Of a stretch of 64,000 nucleotides of DNA, positions 8,955-18,589 are shown one piece after another. How positions within the stretch are numbered: the first letter of the stretch is position 1; each line of letters begins with the position of its first letter. A program made the position numbers and the translations under genes. The notes beneath the pieces were generated by a model. It worked only from the letters and a program-made list of their open reading frames with translations, searched no databases and was not told the DNA's origin. Source of the stretch: Selenomonadaceae bacterium (GTDB lineage: Bacteria > Bacillota > Negativicutes > Selenomonadales > Selenomonadaceae); NCBI GenBank assembly GCA_024698045.1, contig JAILRS010000033.1:1159-65158 (forward strand), read 5' to 3'.

Positions 8955-9893
8955 TTGGAGTTTAAGCATGTAAGTGTTATGCCCGAAGAAGTTTTAACCG
9001 CGCTGAATATCAAGCCCGAAGGAATTTATTTGGATTGTACGCTTGGCGGAGCAGGTCACGCAAGAGCTATCGGCGAGCGTCTGAATTCTCAGGGCAAACT
9101 TATCGGAATAGACCAAGATGAAGATGCTATTCTTGCTGCTGAAAAAAAGTTGACCGGATTAATTTGCAGTGTTAATATAGTTCATGCCAATTTCAGTAAG
9201 CTGGATAAAGTACTCGATGACTTAAATGTTGAAAGTCTTGACGGTGTATTGTTTGATTTGGGTGTCTCTTCGCATCAAATTGATACGGCAGAGCGCGGAT
9301 TTTCTTACATGCACGATTCCCCTTTAGATATGCGTATGGACAGACGGCAAAATTTAACTGCGTGGGATGTTGTCAATCGCTACGATGAAGAGCGTTTGAT
9401 TAAAATTTTCCGCGAATACGGCGAAGAACGATTTGCCAAAAGAATTGCCGCGGCTGTCTGTCGTGAAAGATTGGCTGATTCAATAGATACGACGGGCGCA
9501 TTGGTGAAACTTATCGAGCGAAATGTTCCGCATACGAAAAACGGCGGACATCCTGCCAAAAGAGTTTTTCAGGCGGTGCGCATTGAAGTTAACGGCGAAC
9601 TTGAAATTTTATCGGGCGCGTTGACGAAAGCAGTTGACAGATTGAAAACGGGCGGCCGCCTTGCCGTCATTACTTTTCATTCGCTCGAAGACAGAATTGT
9701 TAAAGAAACTTTCAAATCGTTGGCGCAAGGTTGTATCTGTCCGAAAAATTTCCCCGTATGTGTTTGCAATCATCACGCGACGATAAAACTACTCGGTAAA
9801 TCTCATAAACCTACCGCCGAAGAAACTCAAGAAAACAGTCGCGCTAAATCTGCCAAACTGCGCTTGGTCGAGAAAATCGATTGGCGTAAGTAA
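8955..9893 (+). CDS. rsmH: 16S rRNA (cytosine1402-N4)-methyltransferase
   Basis: HVSVMPEEVL...DCTLGGAGHA...FDLGVSSHQID...RGFSY...FHSLEDRIVK are the RsmH/MraW motifs. TTG start 10 nt after AAGGAG. Confidence 0.93.
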   Translation: MEFKHVSVMPEEVLTALNIKPEGIYLDCTLGGAGHARAIGERLNSQGKLIGIDQDEDAILAAEKKLTGLICSVNIVHANFSKLDKVLDDLNVESLDGVLFDLGVSSHQIDTAERGFSYMHDSPLDMRMDRRQNLTAWDVVNRYDEERLIKIFREYGEERFAKRIAAAVCRERLADSIDTTGALVKLIERNVPHTKNGGHPAKRVFQAVRIEVNGELEILSGALTKAVDRLKTGGRLAVITFHSLEDRIVKETFKSLAQGCICPKNFPVCVCNHHATIKLLGKSHKPTAEETQENSRAKSAKLRLVEKIDWRK

Positions 9894-9921
9894 TATAAAA
9901 TTCTTATAAGGGGGAAATTTT

Positions 9922-10287
9922 GTGCCATTAAAGCATAAAAAGACTTATGAGCAGCAAGCTCAACAGAAGATTTCATCGGAGAAAGCATCATTAACATTGA
10001 TAAAAAAACAACCCAGATTAGATTATTTGCTCCGTTCGCGTTGCAGAGTTTTCTTTCTCGTAGTCGCGGTTTTTGCTATGCTCGTGGTAGTTCGCAGCGG
10101 AATAAGTGCAAGTCGCGGTTACGGTCTTGTCGCTACGCAAAACCAAGCACAAAATATCGAATTGGAGAACGAACGTCTTCGTGTTGAAATTGCTCAACTC
10201 AAGTCTCCTCAAAGAATCAAGGAAATTGCCGAAACTCAACTCGGCATGAAAGTTCCGCCGAAAATGTATTTCTCACACGAGAGATAA
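9922..10287 (+). CDS. ftsL: cell division protein FtsL-like (single TM plus coiled coil)
   Basis: Directly follows rsmH. 121 aa, one TM helix (VFFLVVAVFAMLVVV), then LENERLRVEIAQLKSPQRIKEIA. Confidence 0.7.
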   Translation: MPLKHKKTYEQQAQQKISSEKASLTLIKKQPRLDYLLRSRCRVFFLVVAVFAMLVVVRSGISASRGYGLVATQNQAQNIELENERLRVEIAQLKSPQRIKEIAETQLGMKVPPKMYFSHER

Positions 10288-10293
10288 CAAATT

Positions 10294-10335
10294 AAAAAAC
10301 TCCTTCACACCAACGGCACGAGGGAGTTTTTTTTA
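10294..10335. terminator. bidirectional Rho-independent terminator
   Basis: AAAAAACTCCTT ...loop... AGGGAGTTTTTTTT, between ftsL (+) and the SPFH gene (-). Confidence 0.65.
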
Positions 10336-10360
10336 TTTCACCGATTGACTTCAAAAAATT

Positions 10361-11653
10361 TTACGGTCTGGGTTTTCCGCATTCAGCACAGAATTTTCCC
10401 TTGTTGACGTGACCGCATTCGCAAGTCCATTCGTTACTGACCGGTTTAGGTTTGCCGCACTCTGCGCAGAATTTTCCCTTGTTGACAGCGCCACATTCGC
10501 AAGTCCATTCATTGGCAACAGGTTTGGGCGCACCGCAGTTCGCACAGAATTTTCCGCGGTTACCGTCATTGCCGCAAGCCGTACATTTCCATCTGTTTGC
10601 CTGATTTTGTTGTTGTTGCTGTTGTGCCTGTTGCTGTTGTTGCTGCGCCATAGCGTAGAGATTTCCGGCATTGACGCCGCCGGCATTGGCAGCCATATTC
10701 ATATTCATGAAACCGATAGCCGCACCGCCCGAATTATTCGCCGCGTCCTGCATTGCATTCGCTTGAGCACTTGTGAGTACCGCCGCCGCCATCGCAGGAT
10801 TCCGCAAAGCTCCGCTACGTTGCATTTCCTTAATCATCGCGACATCTTCTTCATTCGCGCTGACATTAGACACGCCGAACGAAACAATTTCCAAACCGCG
10901 CTTTTCGCCCCATTTTTTGCTCAGTACTTCGTTAAGAGCATCGGCAATCTCCTGCGTATGAGCAGGCAACGCACTGTAACGAATACCCATTTCGGAAATT
11001 TTAGCAAAGGCAGGTTGAAGCGCCGTCATCAATTCGGTTTTGAGTTGCGCGTCAATCTCCGAACGATTGTAAACATCTCTGACATTGCCGCAAACATTCG
11101 TATAGAAAAGAATCGGATTGACAATCTTGTAACTGTAGGATCCGAAACATTTGATGGAAATGTCGACGTCAAGCCCGATATTGTAATCAACCACGCGGAA
11201 GGGAATAGGTGTCGGCGTACCGTACTTGTTACCGACAATCTCCTTTGTGTTGAAATAGTAAATACGTTCGTCAATTCCGGAGTCGCCGCCGAATTCAAAT
11301 CTGCCTTTCATCGCGAAGAAAACTTCTTGAATGTTTTCGGCTAAGGTTTTGCCGCTGTCAAATATGCTGGCTTCTTTGGCTTTGTCGTAAATATATTCGC
11401 CGCTGTCTGCGCACAGGTCGATAACTTTGCCCTGCTGAACGATAATCGCACATTGCCCGTTGTTTACGGAAATACGCGATCCGTTTGTGATGATGTTGTC
11501 GTCGCCGTCATTGGAACTCCAACTGCTGTTTTTGCGCCGATGTCCCTTTGAAACCAGAATATCCGCAGATAAACTGTCGCAGTAGAAAAATTCTTTCCAT
11601 TGATCGCCCAATACACCGCCCGCAGATGCTAACGCCGCTTGTATCAATCCCAT
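10361..11653 (-). CDS. SPFH/band-7 domain protein of the YdjI type, with a poly-Q linker and three C-terminal zinc-ribbon repeats
   Basis: MGLIQAALASAGGVLGDQWKEFFYCDSL...NGSRISVNNGQCAIIVQQGKV is YdjI-like. The C-terminus is QQQQQQAQQQQQQNQ followed by 3 x (W.C.CG..N.GKFC..CG.P(K/R)P). Confidence 0.8.
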   Translation of the reverse strand: MGLIQAALASAGGVLGDQWKEFFYCDSLSADILVSKGHRRKNSSWSSNDGDDNIITNGSRISVNNGQCAIIVQQGKVIDLCADSGEYIYDKAKEASIFDSGKTLAENIQEVFFAMKGRFEFGGDSGIDERIYYFNTKEIVGNKYGTPTPIPFRVVDYNIGLDVDISIKCFGSYSYKIVNPILFYTNVCGNVRDVYNRSEIDAQLKTELMTALQPAFAKISEMGIRYSALPAHTQEIADALNEVLSKKWGEKRGLEIVSFGVSNVSANEEDVAMIKEMQRSGALRNPAMAAAVLTSAQANAMQDAANNSGGAAIGFMNMNMAANAGGVNAGNLYAMAQQQQQQAQQQQQQNQANRWKCTACGNDGNRGKFCANCGAPKPVANEWTCECGAVNKGKFCAECGKPKPVSNEWTCECGHVNKGKFCAECGKPRP

Positions 11654-11861
11654 ATTAATTCTCCTCTCCGGAAATATTTTCCGCCCAAATTATACCGCGT
11701 CGGGCGTTTATTTACAACCTGCATTTGATTCGCGCCGTCTACAAAAATAAATTTTATCGCGCGGCTATCTTCTTTTAATTCTTTCGGCTAAATGTTATAT
11801 TAATACCTGCCGAAAACCGCGGCAAAATTTTACTCACACGTAATCGAAAGGAGCAACCTTC

Positions 11862-13667
11862 TTGAACGATAAAATCAGAAATTTTTCTATCATAGCGCAT
11901 ATAGATCACGGCAAATCAACTTTGGCGGACAGATTAATCGAAATGACGGGCACGGTACAGAAACGCGAAATGAGCGATCAACTTTTGGATAATATGGAGC
12001 TTGAACGCGAACGCGGCATCACGATAAAAGCGCAGACCGTCAGATTAAAATATACGGCTTCCGACGGCGAAACTTATCAGCTGAATTTGATTGATACACC
12101 CGGTCACGTTGACTTTACTTATGAAGTTTCGCGCTCCCTTGCCGCGTGCGAAGGCGCACTTTTGGTCGTCGATTCCACTCAAGGCGTCGAGGCGCAGACT
12201 TTGTCTAACGTTTACTTGGCTCTCGAACATGATTTGGAAATTGTCCCCGTCATCAACAAAATCGATTTGCCCAGCGCAGATGTCGAACGCGTCCGCGAAG
12301 AAATCGAGGAAACAATCGGGCTCGACGCAAGTGATGCTGTTCAATGTAGCGCGAAGACCGGCATAGGCGTCGACGAAATTTTAGAGGCGATTGTCAATAA
12401 AATTCCGCCCCCCGAAGGCGATAACAATAAACCTTTGCAGGCTTTGATTTTCGATTCCTATTTTGATTCCTACAAGGGCGCAGTCGCTCACGTCAGAATT
12501 TTCGATGGCACCGTTCGCAAGGGCGATAAACTCAAACTTTTGGCGACGGGTAAAGAATTCGAGGCAACGGAGATAGGAATTTTTTCACCGAATATGACGG
12601 AGCTTGACGAATTGAAAGCGGGCGAAGTCGGTTATATCTGCGGCAGTTTGAAAGATGTTCGCGATGTTCGTGTCGGCGATACCGTTACTTTTTCCGAAAA
12701 TCCTGCCGCCGCACTTGCCGGTTACCGTGCGCCCGTCCCCATGGTTTTCTGCGGACTTTATCCCACCGACAGTGTTGACTACGATAATTTGAAAGACGCA
12801 CTTGAAAAACTCCAATTGAATGATGCCGCGCTTGTTTACGAGCCCGAAACATCTGCCGCATTGGGATTCGGATTCCGTTGCGGTTTCCTCGGGCTGTTGC
12901 ATATGGATGTCATTCAAGAAAGACTTGAGCGCGAATACTCTTTGCGACTCGTCACTACTGCGCCGTCCGTCGTTTACAAAGTACATAAAACCGACGGCGA
13001 AGTATTCACGATTGATAACCCTGCCGCATTACCGCCGACTACCGAGATTAATTTTGTCGAGGAGCCGATGGTAAAAGCTACCGTGATTGTGCCGAGTGAT
13101 TATATCGGTGCGGTCATGGAACTTTGCAGAGATAAGCGCGGCATTTACAAATCAATGGACTACATTGATAAAACACGCGTCATGATTGTCTACGAAATTC
13201 CTTTGAATGAAATTATCTATGACTTTTTCGATAAGCTCAAGTCAATGACTCGCGGCTATGCAAGTCTTGATTACGAACTTTTGGAATACAAAGAAAGCGA
13301 TTTGGTTAAATTGGATATCCTGCTTAACGGCGATATGGTTGACGCGTTGAGCTCGATTGTCCACAGAACACGCGCGGCGAAAATCGGCAGAATCCTGGCG
13401 TTAAAATTAAAGCGGCTGATTCCCGAACAGTTATTTGATATTCCCGTACAGGCAGCAATCGGCGGCAGAATAATCGCGCGCGAAACGGTAAAGGCACGAC
13501 GTAAAGATGTTTTGGCGAAATGTTACGGCGGTGACGTATCGCGCAAAAGAAAACTCCTCGAAAAACAAAAGGCAGGTAAAAAACGCATGAAGGCAGTCGG
13601 GAGCGTCGAATTACCGCAAGAAGCTTTTATGGCGGTGTTGACGGTCGGCGACGACGATACGAATTAA
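11862..13667 (+). CDS. lepA: translation elongation factor 4
   Basis: [21 protein letters not shown]...DTPGHVDF...NKIDLP, with the LepA-specific C-terminal domain. TTG start 8 nt after AAGGAG. Confidence 0.97.
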   Translation: MNDKIRNFSIIAHIDHGKSTLADRLIEMTGTVQKREMSDQLLDNMELERERGITIKAQTVRLKYTASDGETYQLNLIDTPGHVDFTYEVSRSLAACEGALLVVDSTQGVEAQTLSNVYLALEHDLEIVPVINKIDLPSADVERVREEIEETIGLDASDAVQCSAKTGIGVDEILEAIVNKIPPPEGDNNKPLQALIFDSYFDSYKGAVAHVRIFDGTVRKGDKLKLLATGKEFEATEIGIFSPNMTELDELKAGEVGYICGSLKDVRDVRVGDTVTFSENPAAALAGYRAPVPMVFCGLYPTDSVDYDNLKDALEKLQLNDAALVYEPETSAALGFGFRCGFLGLLHMDVIQERLEREYSLRLVTTAPSVVYKVHKTDGEVFTIDNPAALPPTTEINFVEEPMVKATVIVPSDYIGAVMELCRDKRGIYKSMDYIDKTRVMIVYEIPLNEIIYDFFDKLKSMTRGYASLDYELLEYKESDLVKLDILLNGDMVDALSSIVHRTRAAKIGRILALKLKRLIPEQLFDIPVQAAIGGRIIARETVKARRKDVLAKCYGGDVSRKRKLLEKQKAGKKRMKAVGSVELPQEAFMAVLTVGDDDTN

Positions 13668-13700
13668 TTAATCGCAGACGATTCGAGGAAGTGGATTATT

Positions 13701-15101
13701 TTGGTTAGCACGCGGCGATTATTACGGATAAGGTTGTTAGCGGAAGGTGCATTGATTGGTATTGTCACGGGTACGATTATCGCGGCTCTGCGATTTTTAT
13801 TGGACGAAGCAGATATTTATCGCCCGATTATCTTTACGAAAATCGACAGCGTGGGAAGAATTTTGCTTGCAATCGGTGTGATGATTTTAATCGCGTTCGC
13901 AATCGACAAGGCAATAAAATTCGACGCGCAAGTATCGGGTAGCGGCGTACCGCAGATAAAGGGGATTTTGCAAAATCGCGCGTGTATGTTCAGACCGTTT
14001 CGCCTATTGGTCGTGAAATTTTTTACAACGGTGGCGGCAATCGGTGCCGGCATGAGTTTGGGTCGTGCGGGTATCAGCGTACAATTCGGCGCGGCTGTCG
14101 GCAATTTCTTTTCCAAAATTTTCCACGCAGATAAAATTCATCATGAAATAACCGAAGGAAATTTTTTACTGACCGCAGGTGCGGGCGCAGGTTTGGCGGC
14201 TATCTTCAATGCTCCTCTTGCCGGAGTTGTTTTCTGTATCGAAGAGATTCGCAAAAGGTATTCGCAGGAAATATTAATCACTTCGGTTGCCGCAGCTATC
14301 ACCGCGTCTTTCGTCGTCAAAATTGTTTTCGGAGTTCGTCCCGTTTTTGAAACAATCACGGCGACACCGTTGAATATCCCGACTGTTTTGACCGTCCCGA
14401 CACTTGAGATGATAAAAACTTTGTCGGATGAGCCCTTTGAATTTTTTTTGCTGTTTATGTTACTCAGTGTACTTTGCGGATTTTTGGGCGCGTTGTTTTC
14501 CAAGGCGTTAATCTTCGCGCTTGATGCCTACGACAAATTAAAAATTTTCGGCGTGAAAAGATACGCGATACCTTTGATTTTGGCGATACCTATCGGCTTA
14601 ATGTTTCCGCAGATTTTGGGTTGCGGCAATGTTTTGGTCGACGAGCTTTTGATTTCTCATACGGCTTTGTCTTTGCTGATAATTTTATTTGTCGGCAAAG
14701 TTTTGTATACGCTGATTTGTTTCGGTACCAATGCCCCGGGCGGTTTATTCCTGCCTGTTTTGGCGATTGGCGCGTTATTCGGCGATATCTTTGCGCGTAT
14801 CGGTAACAAGCTACATTTTTTCACCGCGGATTGGACGACGCTCTTTATCGTCTTCGGGATGGCGGCGTTTTTCGCGGCGGTCATCAAAGCTCCCGTCACG
14901 GGCAGTATTTTGTTACTCGAGTTGACGGGACAATTTTCGCATTTAACGGGTTTGCTTATCGTCAGCGGCGTCGCGTTCATGATTTCCGATTTATGCGGCA
15001 CGGATCCGATTTTTTCGGCACTGCTCAACAGACAGAAAAGTAACGCGGCAAAAAACTTGGCGCAACAAAAAAAAGCCCTCCGTAAGGAACGGAAGGGATA
15101 A
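13701..15101 (+). CDS. ClC-family voltage-gated chloride channel / H+-Cl- antiporter
   Basis: Polytopic membrane protein with GSGVPQIKG, G.S.GR.G and NAPLAGVVFCIEE motifs. Confidence 0.88.
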   Translation: MVSTRRLLRIRLLAEGALIGIVTGTIIAALRFLLDEADIYRPIIFTKIDSVGRILLAIGVMILIAFAIDKAIKFDAQVSGSGVPQIKGILQNRACMFRPFRLLVVKFFTTVAAIGAGMSLGRAGISVQFGAAVGNFFSKIFHADKIHHEITEGNFLLTAGAGAGLAAIFNAPLAGVVFCIEEIRKRYSQEILITSVAAAITASFVVKIVFGVRPVFETITATPLNIPTVLTVPTLEMIKTLSDEPFEFFLLFMLLSVLCGFLGALFSKALIFALDAYDKLKIFGVKRYAIPLILAIPIGLMFPQILGCGNVLVDELLISHTALSLLIILFVGKVLYTLICFGTNAPGGLFLPVLAIGALFGDIFARIGNKLHFFTADWTTLFIVFGMAAFFAAVIKAPVTGSILLLELTGQFSHLTGLLIVSGVAFMISDLCGTDPIFSALLNRQKSNAAKNLAQQKKALRKERKG

Positions 15102-15103
15102 AA

Positions 15104-15466
15104 TTAAAATCTTCGTCTGCCTCTGCGCAGTGCCTTCGGTTTGTCGAGGATTTCGCTCATCACTATTGCGTTCATCACATTTGACGGCGTTAAATCCAAA
15201 TTGACTTTCGGAGATTCCTGCGGCTTTGATGTCTGTGTAAACATTTCGCTTACAGACGATTCGATTTTTTTCGGGCGATATTCGACGGGATTGCGCGTAT
15301 CGGTTATCACCGAAAAATTTTCTTCGTACTTGTTGGGATCGTTTGCAAGTGTGGGGATTTCAAAATTTGAGGTGCCGGTTTGAGTTCGCGGCGGCGGAGA
15401 TTTTTTCTTATTCGATTTCTGCGAAACAATCACCAGGAAAATTATCATACAAATTACGGTAAGCAT
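15104..15466 (-). CDS. small N-terminally membrane-anchored protein, unknown function
   Basis: 120 aa. One N-terminal TM helix (MLTVICMIIFLVIVS), then a low-complexity Pro/Ser/Thr-rich tail ending in ...SEILDKPKALRRGRRRF. Confidence 0.55.
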   Translation of the reverse strand: MLTVICMIIFLVIVSQKSNKKKSPPPRTQTGTSNFEIPTLANDPNKYEENFSVITDTRNPVEYRPKKIESSVSEMFTQTSKPQESPKVNLDLTPSNVMNAIVMSEILDKPKALRRGRRRF

Positions 15467-15513
15467 AATATCACCTCGCGATAATTTATCGACGGAAGGG
15501 GGATTCGGCGGTT

Positions 15514-16284
15514 ATGTTTCTCGAAGAACGACAGGCAAAAATTTTGGAGATGTTAGAGAAAGACGGCAAAGTCTTGGTAAAGGAATTGGCGGAAATTTTC
15601 GGCGTGACAGAAGATTCGATTCGCAAAGATTTAAGCTCGCTCGAATTCGACGGGAAATTGAAACGAACGTACGGCGGCGCGGTGACGATTGAAGAAAAAC
15701 TTCAAATGACCGAGGCAAATAGGCGCAGAGTTTCCGACGTGGAAGCTAAACGCAAAATTGCCGCGGCCGCTGTCAAATTAATCAGTCCGCAAGATTTAGT
15801 TTTCCTTGACATCTCCACAATAAGCATAGCCGTTGCGGAAATTTTGGCGAAGAGTGAAACGAATTACAAAATCATAACCAACATGGTAGATGTCTTAGTC
15901 ATGCTGGCACGAAATCCGAAGATAAATTTATATTTCGTCGGCGGACAAATCAATCAAAGCCGCGACGGTTTTTCAGACGTCCTCAACATAGAATTTGTAT
16001 CAAAGTTTCGTCCCGACATTTCTTTTATAGGCGTATTCGGGGCGGATATTAAAAAAAATTCTCTGTCATCGCGCGACACAACCACCGGCATTCACAAGGC
16101 GAAGATGATTGAGCTAAGTAAATCTTCGTACATAACCGCAACATCGAATAAAATCGGTAGGGAGGGTACTTTTTGTTTCTGTTCGCTTGATAAAGTTGAC
16201 GGGATAATCACGGACGCCGAATTGTCGAAAGATTTAACCGCGGCGGCTAAAAAATTGGATGTGAAAATAATTTCTGCCGCTTAG
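15514..16284 (+). CDS. DeoR-family transcriptional regulator
   Basis: N-terminal wHTH (EERQAKILEMLEKDGKVLVKELAEIFGVTEDSIRKDL) plus a DeoR C-terminal sugar-phosphate sensor domain. Confidence 0.9.
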   Translation: MFLEERQAKILEMLEKDGKVLVKELAEIFGVTEDSIRKDLSSLEFDGKLKRTYGGAVTIEEKLQMTEANRRRVSDVEAKRKIAAAAVKLISPQDLVFLDISTISIAVAEILAKSETNYKIITNMVDVLVMLARNPKINLYFVGGQINQSRDGFSDVLNIEFVSKFRPDISFIGVFGADIKKNSLSSRDTTTGIHKAKMIELSKSSYITATSNKIGREGTFCFCSLDKVDGIITDAELSKDLTAAAKKLDVKIISAA

Positions 16285-16296
16285 ATTGATACTATC

Positions 16297-17100
16297 TCAC
16301 ACTGCAACTATGGAAATGCCGTGCTCTTCGGCTAAAGTAATCATGTTCTTCCTGTCTACAAGAAGTGTTTTACCTGCCTCGATAGCCAAAACCGTCGCAC
16401 CAACCGACACCATAACTTCAATCGTGTGATATCCGACCGTCGGCACATCAAAACGATTATCTTGTTGCGGCTTTTCAACTTTGGCGACGACTGCGCCGCC
16501 GTTCGCCAATTTTCCGCCGCGCTCGATACATGCATCCGTACCTTCGATTGCTTCGAGAGCCATGACCGCACGATTTTTCACTACGACCGTTTGACCGATA
16601 TCGAGCCGCCCCAATTCTTTTGCGATACGAAAACCGAAATCGATATCTTTTTGTTCGGCTTCCGTCGGTTTATTTTTGGTTATCAATCCGCGGCGCGGCA
16701 TAAGATTTTTTATCAGCGCGGTTTGATCGAAAGTCTTAATGCCTTCCCTTGCCAATTCGCGCACAAATGCCAACATGATTGTATCGTCTTTTCTATCGGG
16801 CAAACTCATGATTAACTGCAACATTCTCATATCGGGTTGCACAATGCCGCTGAAAAGTAATTCTTTCGTGACTTTGCCTATCATCGTGACTTGTTTGACT
16901 TCGTTATCTCTAAGATAATTAATTATGGCATCCAATTGCGCAACGCTGATAGACTGATAATCTTTGGCGAATTCGGCAATCTGCGAATCTGTAGCCGGAA
17001 GCAGACCGACCGCGTAAACATCATAGCCGAGTTGTTGGGCGGCGCGGGCACATTCTACGGGCAATTTGCCGACACCTGCCAATATTCCGAGTTTCTCCAT
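16297..17100 (-). CDS. lpxI: UDP-2,3-diacylglucosamine pyrophosphatase LpxI (DUF1009)
   Basis: Track ORF extends to 17124. ATG at 17100 is 7 nt after GGAGGT. MEKLGILAGVGKLPVE...DIGQTVVVKNRAVMALEAIEGTDACIERGG is the LpxI signature. Sits downstream of lpxA. Confidence 0.85.
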   Translation of the reverse strand: MEKLGILAGVGKLPVECARAAQQLGYDVYAVGLLPATDSQIAEFAKDYQSISVAQLDAIINYLRDNEVKQVTMIGKVTKELLFSGIVQPDMRMLQLIMSLPDRKDDTIMLAFVRELAREGIKTFDQTALIKNLMPRRGLITKNKPTEAEQKDIDFGFRIAKELGRLDIGQTVVVKNRAVMALEAIEGTDACIERGGKLANGGAVVAKVEKPQQDNRFDVPTVGYHTIEVMVSVGATVLAIEAGKTLLVDRKNMITLAEEHGISIVAV

Positions 17101-17167
17101 TAAATTGACCTCCAAAATTTTCAAAGTGACATTTTACGAGTTAAGCACGAAAATTTTTTTCGGCTCG

Positions 17168-18013
17168 TCACTTTTCGTCGAAGTCTCTGCGTTCGCGGCA
17201 AATTCCGCGTTCGGCATTTCTGAGGAACCTCAAGAAATGTTCAACCTCTTCGCACGAATCAACTTCCTGTTCGATAACCGCAATCGCCTCTGTCAAACTG
17301 AGACCGGAGCGATATAAAATTTTGTATGCTTTTTTGATGAGGCGACGACTTTCCAAAGGAATACCTGCGCGCGAAATTCCGACATTGTTTAAGCCGACAA
17401 CTTTCGCAGGGTGACCATCTACCAGCGTGTACGGCACAACATCCTGAACAAGTTTACTCATACCGCCGACCATTGCATTGCGCCCGATTTTTACGAATTG
17501 ATGTACGCCCGCCATGCCGCCGATAACTACTCTGTCCTCTACGATTGCATGACCCGAACAACTTGCCAAATTCGACATGATAACACGATTACCCAAAGTG
17601 CAGTTATGCGCGATATGAATATACGCCATCAAAAGACAATCGTTGCCTATACGCGTCTCGTTACCTTCACCGGTTGCGCGGTGTATCGTTGCGCCTTCGC
17701 GGATTGTCGTTCTGTCTCCTATTATGGTAAAACTCTGTTCGCCTTTGAATTTTAAATCCTGCGGTGCTTCACCGACCGAAGCAAATTGATAAATCCTGCA
17801 ACCTTTGCCGAGAGTAGTCCATTTTCCGATAACCGCATGAGATTCTATGATTGAATCGTCACCGATTTCAACATCTTCGCCTATTACGCAGTAAGGACCT
17901 ATTGTGACATTTTCTCCCAGACGAACATTTTTTGCGATAACCGCAGTCGGATGAATATTCGTGCCGGTATTTTCGAGAAAATCATCTTTACTTTCCAGTT
18001 TTATCATATTCAT
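17168..18013 (-). CDS. lpxA: acyl-ACP--UDP-N-acetylglucosamine O-acyltransferase
   Basis: Left-handed beta-helix hexapeptide repeats (IHPTAVI...VTIGPYCVIG...IGDDSIIESHAVIG), then the LpxA helical C-terminal domain. Confidence 0.93.
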   Translation of the reverse strand: MNMIKLESKDDFLENTGTNIHPTAVIAKNVRLGENVTIGPYCVIGEDVEIGDDSIIESHAVIGKWTTLGKGCRIYQFASVGEAPQDLKFKGEQSFTIIGDRTTIREGATIHRATGEGNETRIGNDCLLMAYIHIAHNCTLGNRVIMSNLASCSGHAIVEDRVVIGGMAGVHQFVKIGRNAMVGGMSKLVQDVVPYTLVDGHPAKVVGLNNVGISRAGIPLESRRLIKKAYKILYRSGLSLTEAIAVIEQEVDSCEEVEHFLRFLRNAERGICRERRDFDEK

Positions 18014-18084
18014 TTACTCCTAGAGTTTGGGTGTAGGAATCCGCAATCAAATTCCGCGATTGCCGATTCCTATTTTTATCTCGA

Positions 18085-18525
18085 TTAAAGTTCGTCTCTA
18101 CCTTTAAGCGCGAAAGTAAAATCCGCAACCGCGACAAGTTTGTCGTCTACATATCCGTCCGTATGAAGTACGCCGAAAAGACCGCGCACCTTTATGATTT
18201 CCGCCTTGGTTATCAGCGTATCGCCGGGCACGACAACTTTTTTAAACTTGATATTATCCATACCGCCGAAGAGTGCGATTTTACCTCGGTGTTCTTCGGG
18301 GTAAAGCATGGCAACGCCGCCGACTTGAGCCATCGCCTCGAGTTGAAGGACGCCCGGCATTATCGGATGTCCCGGAAAATGTCCGGCAAATTGCGGCTCA
18401 TTCATCGTGATATTTTTCAAGCCCGTTGCCGATTTAAACGGATCAATCTCTAAAATTCTGTCCACCAAAAGCATAGGCGGACGATGCGGCAAAATTTTCA
18501 TGATGTCTTCAATTTCCAATACCAT
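18085..18525 (-). CDS. fabZ: 3-hydroxyacyl-ACP dehydratase
   Basis: ILPHRPPMLLVDRI...FAGHFPGHPIMPGVLQLEAMAQ is the FabZ hot-dog motif. Confidence 0.96.
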   Translation of the reverse strand: MVLEIEDIMKILPHRPPMLLVDRILEIDPFKSATGLKNITMNEPQFAGHFPGHPIMPGVLQLEAMAQVGGVAMLYPEEHRGKIALFGGMDNIKFKKVVVPGDTLITKAEIIKVRGLFGVLHTDGYVDDKLVAVADFTFALKGRDEL

Positions 18526-18589
18526 TAGTATCTCTCCCTTTGAGTGTAAAAATTTTTTATTACGCGACGCCGATAATCAGCAGAAATAT

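Noticed and set aside
10409-11344. 311 aa plus-strand ORF antisense to the SPFH gene. Similar long antisense ORFs: 1516..2109, 6315..6956, 35451..35993, 38389..39027, 39100..39828, 49532..50158, 51765..52442, 53305..53934, 59777..60283.
   Set aside because: All are mirror-frame ORFs inside genes with clear family signatures. Their translations are low-complexity or Arg/Cys/His-rich, and they lack RBSs.
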